From the NCBI GenBank assembly GCA_030704615.1, contig CM060731.1, positions 69,440,001 to 69,504,000 of the forward strand: DNA of 64,000 nt, read 5' to 3'. A program made the translations under genes and the position numbers. Origin of the DNA: Takakia lepidozioides. Taxonomy: Eukaryota > Plantae > Bryophyta. Under the pieces are notes generated by a model. That model did not search any database and was not told where the DNA came from. It saw only the letters and a list, made by a program, of their open reading frames with translations. Below, in pieces: positions 1 to 11,347 of this stretch (positions are counted from its first letter, which is position 1; every line of letters begins with the position of its first letter).

Positions 1-79
1 TAATTTAAATTCAAGTTTTTATACCATAGGCACTTTTAGAGAATTTTTTAAAAATTAGGCACTCTTTGAAGATATACTT

Positions 80-205
80 TAAGGAAGACTATAGGAATAA
101 TGTAAGAACTTAATGGACGCGTGTGATCTGACGGTACTTTCGCCCGATTCCGGCAGCCTAGGCTCCTCCGGCAGGGCCCTGTCAAATCCTCCCCACCCTC
201 TCTTA
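80..205. repeat. Dispersed repeat, with an inverted diverged copy at ~49182-49284
   Basis: The reverse complement (aagagagggtggggaggatttgaca...cattaagttcttacattattcctat) matches 49182-49284 at both ends. Confidence 0.6.
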
Positions 206-223
206 CCTCGGTTTCACTATTAA

Positions 224-440
224 ATTCTAGCGATGACCGAAGGTCGGAAGCTAGTTTAGTGTAGAGCAGGAATAGGGTGCCATAGTGCCACATCATCGTC
301 ACCATGTCATCGTCGCCACGTTTCGTCGTCAAATTCTGTCGAGTCTGCCCGAACTGCCCGCCCGAGAAACGCGAATAGAACTCGTCACGCTAGTTTTTCG
401 AAACTGCCCAACCTGCCCGTTTCTTGATTTCTTGAACCGC
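224..440 (+). repeat. Hairpin-terminated dispersed repeat, copy 1 (copy 2 at ~32197-32430); possible Helitron/Helentron terminus
   Basis: ttctagc..gaccgaaggtcg.aagctagtttag.gtagagcaggaataggg is shared with 32197 onward, while the upstream flanks differ. Confidence 0.55.
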
Positions 441-607
441 AAGAGGGGTTTCACAGGCCGATCGCGATTCGCAGACGTTGGAGACGTTCACAGATTGTGC
501 GTACCCAATAGGAGCTCTCGCACATGGTGGGACAACCACAATTGCAAGGTGTCGCTTTTCTTAATGTGCGATGTGAAAAAGTTTGTCCATCCTGCAAATG
601 TGGGCTC

Positions 608-725
608 TAGCCAGGTCGCTGCTGCATTGAGGTTGACAACAGAGTGCACACCTTCGTTGTAGATGACAAGTTGCATCCCAGAAGTAAGGAAATCATACTG
701 AGCTGAGAAGATTGTCTGGGTGGAC
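608..725 (+). pseudogene. Isolated PPR E+/PG-box (start of DYW domain) fragment
   Basis: Reads PGRCCIEVDNRVHTFVVDDKLHP and is closely similar to 8824-8945. Confidence 0.75.
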
Positions 726-779
726 AAGTAACTGCCGATGTGGCAACAGGAAAGTATTCAAAAACAAATAACAACAATG

Positions 780-1185
780 TGGCTAAATGAACTGTGGTGC
801 CGCGGAACGCCATGGTTATGCACAACAGGGCCGTGGGATGGAGGCTTTGGAGACCTATGAGTAAAAGATGGTGGAAGGGGTGAAGCCCGACCACATCACG
901 ACTGTGCGTTTGCAAGCCTGGCAGCCCTGGAAAAGGGCAAAGAGGTGCATGGTTGCATCGCAAAAGCAGGAATTGTACCAGATGTGATTATGAACAATAC
1001 TCTCGTGGACATGTATGAAAAATGTGGGTGCATCGAGGATACGGAGGGAGTGTTTGACAGTATGGCTGAACGAGATTTGGTGTCGTGGAGTGCGATGATT
1101 GCAGGGTATGCACAACAAGGGCGCGGGATGGAGGCTTTGGAGACCTATGAGCAAATGATGGGGGAAGCGGTGAACCCTGGCAACA
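780..1185 (+). pseudogene. PLS-class PPR pseudogene, 5' part (split by the gypsy insertion)
   Basis: ORF 945-1229 has S and P motifs (DVIMNNTLVDMYEKCG..RDLVSWSAMIAGYAQQG). The L motif NPGN|ITFVSVCNA continues at 8163 once the element is removed. Confidence 0.9.
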
Positions 1186-1910
1186 TGTCGCGGCCCTTTG
1201 CCTTGAGGGCAGGGGGTCGGGACACATGAGGGGCTGCCCCTGTGGTGGGGGCAGCGGCAGCGATAGGTATGGGGGGCTGAAGCACCCTTGAGTGCCCAAG
1301 GCACTCAAGGAGGCGGAGGCGCTCACTAGGTGGAGCCCCGCACACCGGGTTGCGGTGGGGGTGGCTCCACAAGGGGTGGTGGTAGCTTAGCGGGACTTAG
1401 TGGGGGTGGCATAGGACTCACCATGGGGGCGGAGACCTCGTGGTGGGAGTCGTGGGGAGTCTTGGGACTCATCACGGTCCATAGGGGCCGTGGTGAGCGG
1501 GCCAAGACTCACCGCGACTCATCACCGGGAGTCGAGGGTTTGTGGTGGTTCGCCATAAAATGGCATGGCTGGTTGTGAAACCCCCGCGGACAGCTACAGA
1601 AGTATATATAGGGAGTAGTAACCCCGAGAACGGTGCAAGCCCGTTGGTGACCAAAAACTAGTGAGTAAGCGAGCGAGCCGGAAAGCGACCAAAGAGTGGG
1701 GAGCTGTTCCGGACTGCCAACTACCAAAGGGAATTCCCGCTGGTTCCAAATAGGTGGAGGGTTCTTTGGGAGAACAAAGGGGGACCGTTATGCCCCGGTG
1801 AGCAGCCGAAGCTCCAAGTTGGCCCGGCGGCCAGGTTGGGAGTCAGGCGCGCGCATCAAAGCGAGTAACTATGACTTGAGGGGGAGCTTACCGAAGTGAG
1901 GTGCGCGACA
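1186..1910 (+). repeat. 5' LTR
   Basis: TG...CA ends; near-identical to 7431-8157 (by eye about 3 substitutions and 3 small indels). Confidence 0.97.
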
Positions 1911-1912
1911 CT

Positions 1913-1924
1913 TGGTATCAGAGC
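1913..1924 (+). promoter_or_regulatory. Primer-binding site (tRNA-iMet)
   Basis: TGGTATCAGAGC, 2 nt after the 5' LTR. Confidence 0.93.
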
Positions 1925-1965
1925 TTAGAGTTCAGTACGCGATCGTCCTTGGGATTGGCCTCATC

Positions 1966-4900
1966 ATGGGGTCGGGCAAGCCGAAGCGAAAGCGGAACGG
2001 CCCAAAAGATGATGATCCCGGTGAGCCCGATGGGGGCGACGTGTCACCGAGGCGGCCGTTTGAGGAAGCGATGCATGTTTCCGAAAACGAGGCCGCTCAA
2101 GAGCGGGAGGAATCTGAGGAGTCGGAGCCCGAGGAATCCTTGAGAGCTCCGACAAACCAAGAGATGCCTCCCATGCCGGCAGCCTTTTGGGAAGGGTTGT
2201 TGGCGCAGTTTGGCGGGACGTTGAAAGACGTGTTGAAGGCGGCTAATGCCACTTCCACTAAGGCAAAGTTTAAGGTGAAGCCTAAGAACCCGGCACCTTC
2301 GAGGCGTCCGAAATCGGAAGGCACTCAACACCTGGCTCCTGGAGCTAGAGCAGTACTTCCGGGCGGCCAAGTTGAGTGACGAGGATCGGGTGGAAGTGGC
2401 TCCCACCTATTTGAGGGGCTATGCTCAACAATGGTGGCAGAAACGCCTTCACGACCGAGGTCCAAGCCCGGAAATCTTGAACTGGAGTGGGTTCAAGGAA
2501 TTGATGAAGAGACAGTTTGTGCCCCTCAACGCGTCCTGGCTTGCCCGGGACAAGATGAGGAATTTGAAGCAAACAGATGACATTCGGGGGTATGTCCAGG
2601 CTTTCAATGTGCTGTTGCTCGAAGTCGCGGACATGGCAGAACCAGAAATGGTCTTCAACTTTGTGGCGGGACTGGCCCCATGGGCCAAGCGGAAGTTGGA
2701 GGAGAAGCCACCCAAGACCTTGAACGAGGCAATTGAGAGGGCTGAATGTTTCTCGGATGTCCCTAGGGGTGAGAGACAAGGCCGTACGGAGCTGAACCAC
2801 AAGAAGACCCGGCGAGAAGGTGACTCCTTCCGACCGGAAAAGAAGTGGGATAGGCCACGCGGCGACAATGGCACGTGGAAATCGAAGGGAGGGCCTTCAC
2901 ACGTCAAGGCGGCACCCGGCGCTTCGAAAGGAAAAGCGGGTGGAGCGGCTTATGGCGGACAGAAGGCGACCTTTGATGGAGTGTGTTTCAATTGCGGGGA
3001 GCCCGGGCACATGGCCAAGAAGTGCACGAAGCCCCGGCAATTGAACATGACTCGGGCGACCACGGAGCTGTCGGAAGATACCATCAGTCGCTTGGTGGAA
3101 GCGGTGGTCGCCAGGACTTGCAAGGTAGGCAAATTTTCTTGTGAGTTGTATCAGGAAATTAGCGCCTTACGAAAAGGGAGTCAGTTATTGTTCGTGGATG
3201 GGATAATATCCGGAACTAATGTGTCGTTGTTGGTGGACACAGGAGCGTCGCACTCCTTCGTGACACCGGCAACGGCACAAAAGCTGGGACTCCCGACAAG
3301 TGATGTGGGGGCCTCTATTGAGGTGCGTTCTGCCAAAGGAGAACCACAGTTGGCGACAAGGTTGGCGTTTGATGTTCCTCTTCAACTGGGGAGTTGGGAG
3401 GGACGTGAGAACTTCACCATCTGCGAGATCGATGGAGTAGATCTCATTTTGGGGATGACCTTTCTGAGCAAATCCGGAGCGGTCATAGATGGCCGCAAGA
3501 GAGTAGTCACGCTGCCATGTGGGAATGGTGGCGAGGTCTTACGAGTGTCGGAAACGCCCAAATCCGTGGGAGGGCGAATAAACCTTCTGTCAGCAAGGGA
3601 GTGGGCCGTGGAGGAGGCACACGAACCCCAGTTTTTGCTTTACATTAGAGAAGTGAAGGGAGAAGGCGATGGGGAGCCGAGCCCAGATTGGATCAAGGGG
3701 ATTTTGGAGAAATACCAGGATGTGATGCCGGAGGATTTACCAAGCGGCTTGCCACCGCGAAGAGGAGTTGACCACAAGATTGAGGTGATACCGGGAACGG
3801 AACCGCCTACCAAGGCACCCTACCGGTTGAGCCACAGGGAGTTGGTCGAGCTGAAGACTCAGCTCAAGGATCTAATGTCAAAGGGGTACATCCGGCCGAG
3901 TAAGTCACCTTACGGAGCCCCGGTGCTATTCGCAGACAAGAAGGATGGGACGCTGCGGATGTGTGTCGATTACAAGGCTCTGAATAAGGTGACTATCAAA
4001 AACCGGTACCCTTTGCCAGGATCGACGACCTCTTCGATCGGTTGGCAGGAGCGAAGTATTTCAGCCGGATCGACTTGCGCTCCGGCTATCATCAAATTCG
4101 GGTGGCGGAAGGAGATGAGGAGAAGACCGCGTGCAGAACAAGGTATGGTTCATATGAGTTCTTGGTGATGCCTTTTGGGCTCACCAATGCACCAGCGACA
4201 TTTAGCACGCTGATGAACAGCCTTTTTCAGGAGTGGTTGGATGACTTTGTGATCGTGTACATCGACGACATCTTGGTGTACTCGAAAACAAAGGAAGAAC
4301 ACATGGAGCACCTAAAAAGGGTGTTCTAAAAATTGCGAGAAGGGAAGCTGTATGCCAAAGCTTCAAAGTGCGAATTCGGGGTCACGAAAGTGGAGTTCTT
4401 GGGGCATGTGATTACACAGGATGGGATCAAAATGGATGACAGAAAGGTGAGGGCGATCTTGGACTGGGAGCCTCCGACTTCGGTCCCGGGAGTGCGTTCC
4501 TTCCTAGGACTCGCCTCCTATTACCAGAAGTATGTGAGAAATTTCGCCAAGATCGCGGGGCCGCTATCGGACCTTCTGTGTAAATCCAAAGTCTGGGTAT
4601 GGAACACATTTTGTGCCCAAGCTTTTGCTGAATTGAAGCAGTGGATGGCGGAAGCTCCAGTCTTGAAAATCCCGGAGTTCGATCGTCCATTTGAGATTCA
4701 TACAGATGCGTCGGACTTCGCGATTGGGGGTGTACTTATGCAAGATGGACGTCCAGTGGCTTACGAAAGTAAGAAACTGAATGAAGTGGAGCGACGGTGG
4801 CCGACGCACGAAAAAGAGATGAAGGCGGTGGTGCATTGCCTTGAGCTTTGGCGCCACTATGTTGGTTCCAACCCAGTGAAGGTGTTCACGGACAATGTCA

Positions 4901-6525
4901 CAGTGAAGTATTTTGCCACGCAGCCCAAGTTGTCCCCAAAACAACTTAGGTGGCAAGATACTTTGGCGGTGTTCGACGTGGATATCCAGTACAAACCGGG
5001 ACGGGACAATGTGGTGGCCGATGCTTTAAGTAGAAAGCAGCAGCTCCTGTTGGTGTACAGGGGCGAGACGACGCTCCAAAGGAAGATCCGGAAGGCTTGC
5101 CGGAAGGATGAGCTGGCGAGGTCCGTGATGCAAGACTTGAGGATGGGGATTAAATCGCAGTTCCACTTGCAAAATGGACTGCTCCGGTATAAGCAAAAAA
5201 CGTCTCTACGTGCCAAAGGGAGGGATCAGAGATAGCCTCTTGAGAGAATGCCATGATAGCCCGCTTGCGGGCCACGGCGGAGCCAAGCGCACTGCGGCAC
5301 TCTTGAAGAAAGAGTATTTCTGGCCCAAACTGAGGGAGGAGGCAGAGGAGTATGTCAAGACATGCACCACATGCCAACAAAACTGGAGCGAGTACAAAAA
5401 GCAAGCGGGGCTGTTACAACCCTTGCCGATTCCAGATGGGACTTAGGAAAGCGTCTCGATGGATTTCATGACTGCTATGCCGCTATCAAAAGGATTCGAT
5501 GCAATCATGGTGGTGGTGGATAGGTTCAGTAAAATGGGCCATTTCATCCCCACCAAGGAGACGGCAACGGCGCAGGAGACAGGGCGACTTTATTTCGCCC
5601 ACGTCTTAAAGCATCATGGAGTCCCGAAGGATATTGTCTCGGACCGCGATCCAAAGTTTACGAGTAAATTTTGGAGGGCACTTTGGAAGAAGATGGGGAC
5701 GAGGCTAAAGATGAGCACCGCCTTCCGACCTACGACCGACGGCCAAACAGAAAGAGTGAATTCCGTAGTGAAGCAGATCTTGCGGAATTACGTGTCGGCA
5801 GACCAAACAGACTGGGTGGAACACTTAGACGCGGCAGAGTTCTGTTATAATAACACAGAACACTCCGCAACGGGAGTTTCCCCTTTGTATTGGTCTATGG
5901 AAAAGCACCTCTGGTGCCGACAAGTTGGGCCGCCCAGGACGTTGAGGAACCGGCAGTAGCGGCGGTACTGGAAGAACGCGAGCGTTTGTTGAAGCTCGCA
6001 AAGTACAACATTGCCAAAGCTAGGAAACGGTATGAAAGACAGGCGAATCGGAAGCGGAGGGAAGTGAAGTTTGAGGCAGGCACGGAGGTCTGGTTGAACA
6101 TCAAGAATTTCCAACTACCTCCGGAAGTGAGCCCGAAGTTCGTGCCTCCGTATGCGGGACCCTTTCGCATTCGGAAGGTTATGAATGAGGATGTGTATGA
6201 ATTGGAGCTGCCGGCAAACAGCAAAGTACACCCAGTATTCCATGTCTCCCTTTTGAAGCCTTACTTCAAAGATGAAGCACGTCCGAATCGGCATCAAGTG
6301 TTGCGTCCGCCACCTATGCTGTTGGATCATGAAAATGAACCTGAGTACGAGGTGGAGGCAATACTTAAGTCGAGGAGGTTCAAGAACCGAGAAACGGAGT
6401 ATCTCGTCAAATGGAAGGGCTATCATCATGTGGAGGCATCTTGGGTGCGTGCCTCAGAAATGGGAAACGCGTCCGAGGCGGTTGCAGCTTTCGAAGGGCG
6501 ACCTCAAAAGCGGAAGAAGCGTTGA
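1966..6525 (+). pseudogene. gag-pol polyprotein (gag CCHC, protease, RT, RNase H, integrase, chromodomain), broken by frameshifts and stops
   Basis: [14 protein letters not shown]; [10 protein letters not shown]; YIDDILVYS; TDASDFAIG; DGQTERVN; GPF motif; chromodomain EYEVEAILKSRR..YLVKWKGY..ASW. Stops at ~4327 and ~5444 plus several frameshifts. Confidence 0.95.
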
Positions 6526-7430
6526 TGGGGACATCAACCTTGGAGCGTGGGGGAGGAAATGCATGCTTAGCCCGGTTTAGCTAGCTTAGGAATCCGATTG
6601 CAAAAACTTGTATTGTACAAAATGTGCTATAAATGAAATAGATTCCAAATGTTATGCGTCCTATTTTGTTTGGAATGGTGATGCGTGGTATGGTTGGCTA
6701 GTGTGTAGAATGCATGCTAGCTTATAAAAGTGGGAGAGGTAGATTGGGTTAATCGTGTGTTTGCGTAGTGCCGAAATCGGGTGACCCCCATCCAAGGGGC
6801 AAGGAAACTTGCGCCTTCTTTGGGAGTTCACGTGCTAGTGCGCACCTGGCGCGTGCGCGTACTATAACTGCGCTACCGAGGGGGTTGCCTTGTAGTGCGG
6901 GCTAACGCGGAAGCTACGTGCTTCCGTTCACGTACTATAATCGTGTAGCCTCGGGACGAAGTCGTAGTGCGGCTTTGGCGTGTTCCCGTACCTCATGCCA
7001 GCATTCCAAGGCGGACCCAATTGCAGTGATTGGGGCGCACGGTTGGTTCAAGGTTATCTTCCTAGTCAAAGAGGGTTCCAGGTGAACCCTTGCTCAAGGT
7101 GATGCCAAAAGCGGCATCATGAGCGATCGCAAGCAATGTTGTTGCAGTAAGGCGATTCGATCCTCGGGGAGGATCGTTCCTTGGCCTTGAAGTAGGCCAA
7201 GAAGAGTGCACTGGGAGGAGCTGGAGAGGCTCCACCCTTGGCCGGGACTTGGAGGAAGTCGGCTGAACTAGCTAGTGGAGAGTAGAGTCAAGTGTGGGGT
7301 TTGGTTCTTTGCCATGGGACGCCATGGTACGGAAACAAACTCCTTGATGTGGGACGCCACAACTTGGATGTTCGTTTCTACAAAATGGACAAGTCGATGA
7401 GGACATCGACTCCCTGTTGGTAGGGGTGTG

Positions 7431-8157
7431 TGTCGCGGCCCTTTGCCTTGAGAGCAGGGGGTCGGGACACATGAGGGGCTGCCCCTGTGGTGGGGGCAGC
7501 GGCAGCGATAGGTATGGGGGGCTGAAGCACCCTTGAGTGCCCAAGGCACTCAAGGAGGCGGAGGCGCTCACTAGGTGGAGCCCCGCACACCGGGTTGCGG
7601 TGGGGGTGGCTCCACAAGGGGTGGTGGTAGCTTAGCGGGACTTAGTGGGGGTGGCATAGGACTCACCATGGGGGCGGAGACCTCGTGGTGGGAGTCGTGG
7701 GGAGTCTTGGGACTCATCACGGTCCATAGGGGCCATGGTGAGCGGGCCAAGACTCACCGCGACTCATCACGGGAGTCGAGGGTTTTCGTGGTGGTTCGCC
7801 ATAAAATGGCATGGCTGGTTGTGAAACCCCCGCGGACAGCTACAGAAGTATATATAGGGAGTAGTAACCCCGAGAACGGTGCAAGCCCGTTGGTGACCAA
7901 AAACTAGTGAGTAAGCGAGCGAGCCGGAAAGCGACCAAAGAGTGGGGAGCTGTTCCGGATTGCCAACTACCAAAGGGAATTCCCGCTGGTTCCAAATAGG
8001 TGGAGGGTTCTTTGGGAGAACAAAGGGGGACCGTTATGCCCCGGTGAGCAGCCGAAGCTCCAAGTTGGCCCGGCGGCCAGGTTGGGAGTCAGGCGCGCGC
8101 ATCAAAGCGAGTAACTATGACTTGAGGGGGGAGCTTACCGAAGTGAGGTGCGCGACA
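7431..8157 (+). repeat. 3' LTR
   Basis: Direct repeat of 1186-1910, followed by TSD CAACA. Confidence 0.97.
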
Positions 8158-8162
8158 CAACA

Positions 8163-9239
8163 TCACGTTTGTTTCTGTTTGCAATGCCTGTGCAAGCCTG
8201 GCAGCCCTGGAAAAGGGCAAAGAGGTCCATGGTGACATCGTCAAAGCTGGAATTGTTCATTGCCCTGATGGACATGTATGCCAAATGTGGGTGCATTGAG
8301 GATGCAAAGGGAGTGTTTGACAATATGGTTGAACGAAATGTGGTGTTGTTGAACGCGATGATCGCAGGATATGCCCATCATGGTTGTCATAGGGAGGTCC
8401 TGCAACTATTTGAAGGAATGCAAAAGAATGGCTTGAAGCCAGACAGCCTCACCTTTATATGTGTTCCCTCTGCATACAGCAACACTGGCCTACTGAATGA
8501 AGGAAATCAAGATCATGGTATCACTCCGATAGTAAAGCATTTTGGCTGTATGGTGGACCTTCTTGGACAACTGGATGAGGCAGTAGATCTGATTAATAAG
8601 ATGCCAATCAATCCAGATGTTGTGGTATGGAAGGCCTTGCTTGGTGCCTGCAGAATCCATGGCAATGTGGAGATGGCTGAACGTGCGGCGACATCTATCC
8701 TCAAATGGGATGAACAGGATGCCGCGACTTATGTGTTACTATCAAACATCTATGCTACAGCTGGCAGGTGGGATGATACTGCAAAGGTGAGAAGAATGAT
8801 GAAGGTCAGAGGGGTTAGAAAGGAGCCAAGTCGATGCTGCATTGAGGTTGGCAACAGGGTGCACACCTTCGCTGTAGATGACAAATTGCATCCCAGAATT
8901 AAAGAAATTCATGTTGAGCTGAACAGTGAGAAGATTGTCTGGGCATGAAAGGAAGCGGGATATGTGCCTGACACGCGCTTTGTATTGCATGATGTGGGGG
9001 AGGAGGAAAAAGAATTTTGTCTTCGCCACCACAATGAGAAGCTGGCCATTGGTTTTGGGCTGATCAGCACGACCCCTAAGACGCCTCTCCGTCTCATCAA
9101 GAATCTTCAAGTGTGTGGTGACTGCTACACCTCCACCAAATTCATCTCAAAGATTGTTGGCCGAGCAATTGTTGTATGGGACGCTAACCGCTTTCACCAC
9201 ATTGAAGATGGGATTTGTTCTTGTGGTAATTACTGGTGA
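8163..9239 (+). pseudogene. PLS-E-DYW PPR (C-to-U editing factor type) pseudogene, 3' part
   Basis: E domain VWKALLGACRIHGN..YVLLSNIYA; PG-box-like EPSRCCIEV; deaminase motifs HHNEK and CGDC; ends CSCGNYW; frameshifted. Confidence 0.93.
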
Positions 9240-9876
9240 AAGGATGTTTTCTTGCCAACATGCAAGTGTCTTGCTTCATTCATTGATCCGTGTAGCTACT
9301 CAGACCATCCACCATTTCCTCAGAGTCTTGACCATCATGTACTGCCAGAAAGGGCTGGAGGATCAGATGAGGGTTTGACAGATTCAACAAAAAACATTAA
9401 CAGGGGGTGGCTGAGCACTGGGGATTCTACTGCTCACAGTCCCGAATGTGCATGGATTCATAAAGGGGAAGTCCAAAACACCGGATGGGATGCCTTCCCT
9501 TCCTCACCCATATATTCTGTTCTTGTCAACAATGGCTGGGATGCTATCCCTTGCAATTCTACAGTTAATGATGAACACAATCTGTCAGGTGGGTGGTCAC
9601 CCTCCAACACTGCAATGGGCCCCAGTTGTATTCCTTCTGGGACATAAACATACAAGAATTGTGGCTGGCCAGTCATGGAGGCAAATAATGAAGTCAGAGC
9701 CATGCCATCACATTATGCCCTCATTGGTATGGACTGGCTAAGCAGATTTGGTGTCATGGAACGCCATGCTTGCAGGATATCCACAGCAGGGGCACGGGAT
9801 GGAGGCCTGGGGGAAAGGGTGAAGCCCGACCATATGGAATTGTACCAAATGTCATTCTGGACAGTGCCCTAGTGGA
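9020..9876. repeat. Arm of an inverted segmental duplication (partner ~44512-45360; continues 28881-29290 vs 44182-44511)
   Basis: Near-identical ORF pairs on opposite strands: 9252-9647/44736-45131, 9448-9741/44642-44935 and 9115-9378/45005-45268. Confidence 0.92.
9770..9876 (+). pseudogene. PPR fragment, left flank of the CACTA insertion
   Basis: GIVPNVILDSALVD| continues as |MYVKCGCIEDAKG at 28881. Confidence 0.85.
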
Positions 9877-10243
9877 CACTACTACGTTTAGGGGGGGTTA
9901 GCGACGCCGGGACCCCGAGCGCGCCAGACGCGATGACCCTCTGCGACTGTTGCGCCGCGTAGGCGCCCGGCCCGGAAATTGCGACGTCTGCGAGTCGCCG
10001 CAGCGCCGCTCTGGTGACGCTTCGCCAGCTTGCGATTCAACTACGTCGCTGCAGTTGGGGCATGATCCGCCAGCAAGCTGGGGGTTGCGACACCCGGACG
10101 TCGCATGTGCCCTCTACGACGCTCCCCGCAAGGCTGCAATGCTCGGGAATCACAACAACACCCCCTCACAATGGCGACGTTGCGATTCCCACAGTCGTAA
10201 GCCTGCTGGGGCATCGCAAGTGCCCTCTTGCCTGGGGGTCTAG

Positions 10244-10630
10244 GATTGGGGATTGCTGCTACGTAATAAATTTTTTTTTGCTGTGTTTTGTTCTGTGAAT
10301 TCGACCCTTACACCACTACATCCGTGCAAACTATTGGACCATATGCTTAATGACAACGTTTGCAATGCGTGTGCAAATTTTGGGAGTGAACAAAAATCAT
10401 TTGGACTGAAAACCATATTTTCTTCCCTCATTTGCACTCCGAAGTTGAGTTTTTTTCAACTTCATGCACTCTCCATAGAGAGTTCCGCAATAGTGAGTGA
10501 AGGAAACTCTTTGTTTTTTTTTATTTTTGTTTGGTCCAATTTTTTCCATGGATGTAGTGGTCTAGGGTTTGCATTCACAGAACAAAATAGAGCTAAAACA
10601 AAAATCATTGTTTAGGAAAAATCCGCAATC
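10244..10630. mobile_element. Fold-back MITE-like element inside the CACTA left arm
   Basis: ~100-bp imperfect inverted repeats (ttttgttctgtgaat..ccactacatcc..ttggacca / tggtccaa..ggatgtagtgg..attcacagaacaaaa); no clear TSD. Confidence 0.5.
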
Positions 10631-11347
10631 ATAGATATTGTAAATGCAGGGGGTTGCGACCTCCATGGGTCGCCTTGCGACAGTATTGCGACGGCATTGC
10701 GATGCCCCAACAGGTCTGCGACGGCGGGGAATCGCAATATAACCTTTTCTGTGTCTTTGCAAAGGTCATGGCAGAGGCCAAGCTGAATGGATCCATTGTT
10801 GCAAATCTTTTTAGTCCTCTTTCTGTGCTACAATATAATAGGTCTATCTTGCATGTAGGAGACCGTGATCAACCCGGGCGGCCTTATTGTTAAAGACAAA
10901 GGGCAAGAAGAGGGGGTGGGAACACTAGGAAAGGAAAAAGAAAGGGCCATGGGATTAGAGGGTTGAGGGTAGATTGTTTTGGCAATGGCTTTGGCAACAT
11001 TGTTGTCTTTCACACCAATTTCGAAGATTCTTTCTGTTGCATCGTGATCATGGTAACCAAATCGATTGAAGGGTTTCCAGGGGTAAGTCTTGGTCAGCAC
11101 TTGTAGAACAAGAACCATATCTTCCAACATTCTTGCCCTCGTACAAAAACTCAACAATCCTAGAGTCACTTTTCGAGTCACAACTTCACTAAAATCATTC
11201 CTAGATCGCCACACCTACAAAGGATTTTTTTCATGGATTTTTCATTAATCAATCATAGAAATAAGCTACATGCATGTACATGTACAATCAATCGAAGGGA
11301 TGGGTACAGTTATGTGCGAGAATTATTATGTAGCTTTGATTACGTGT

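Larger units (their letters stand above)
1186..8157 (+). mobile_element. Full-length Ty3/gypsy chromovirus LTR retrotransposon (probably Galadriel-like)
   Basis: Two ~725-bp LTRs with TGTCGCG...CGCGACA ends; 5-bp TSD CAACA at 1181-1185 and 8158-8162; tRNA-iMet PBS; domain order gag-PR-RT-RH-INT-chromodomain. Confidence 0.97.

Noticed and set aside
1330-1899. Short ORFs within the LTRs (also 7575-8235)
   Set aside because: They are GC-rich LTR sequence, and frames differ between the two LTR copies.
8964-9239. U-to-C (DYW:KP-type) editing domain suggested by the NYW ending
   Set aside because: The paralogue ends HSE..DYW and has the usual C-to-U type features; the variant is best explained as pseudogene decay.
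9252-9647. 131-aa ORF conserved in two copies (also 44736-45131)
   Set aside because: The conservation is explained by the recent inverted duplication; there is no recognisable domain.
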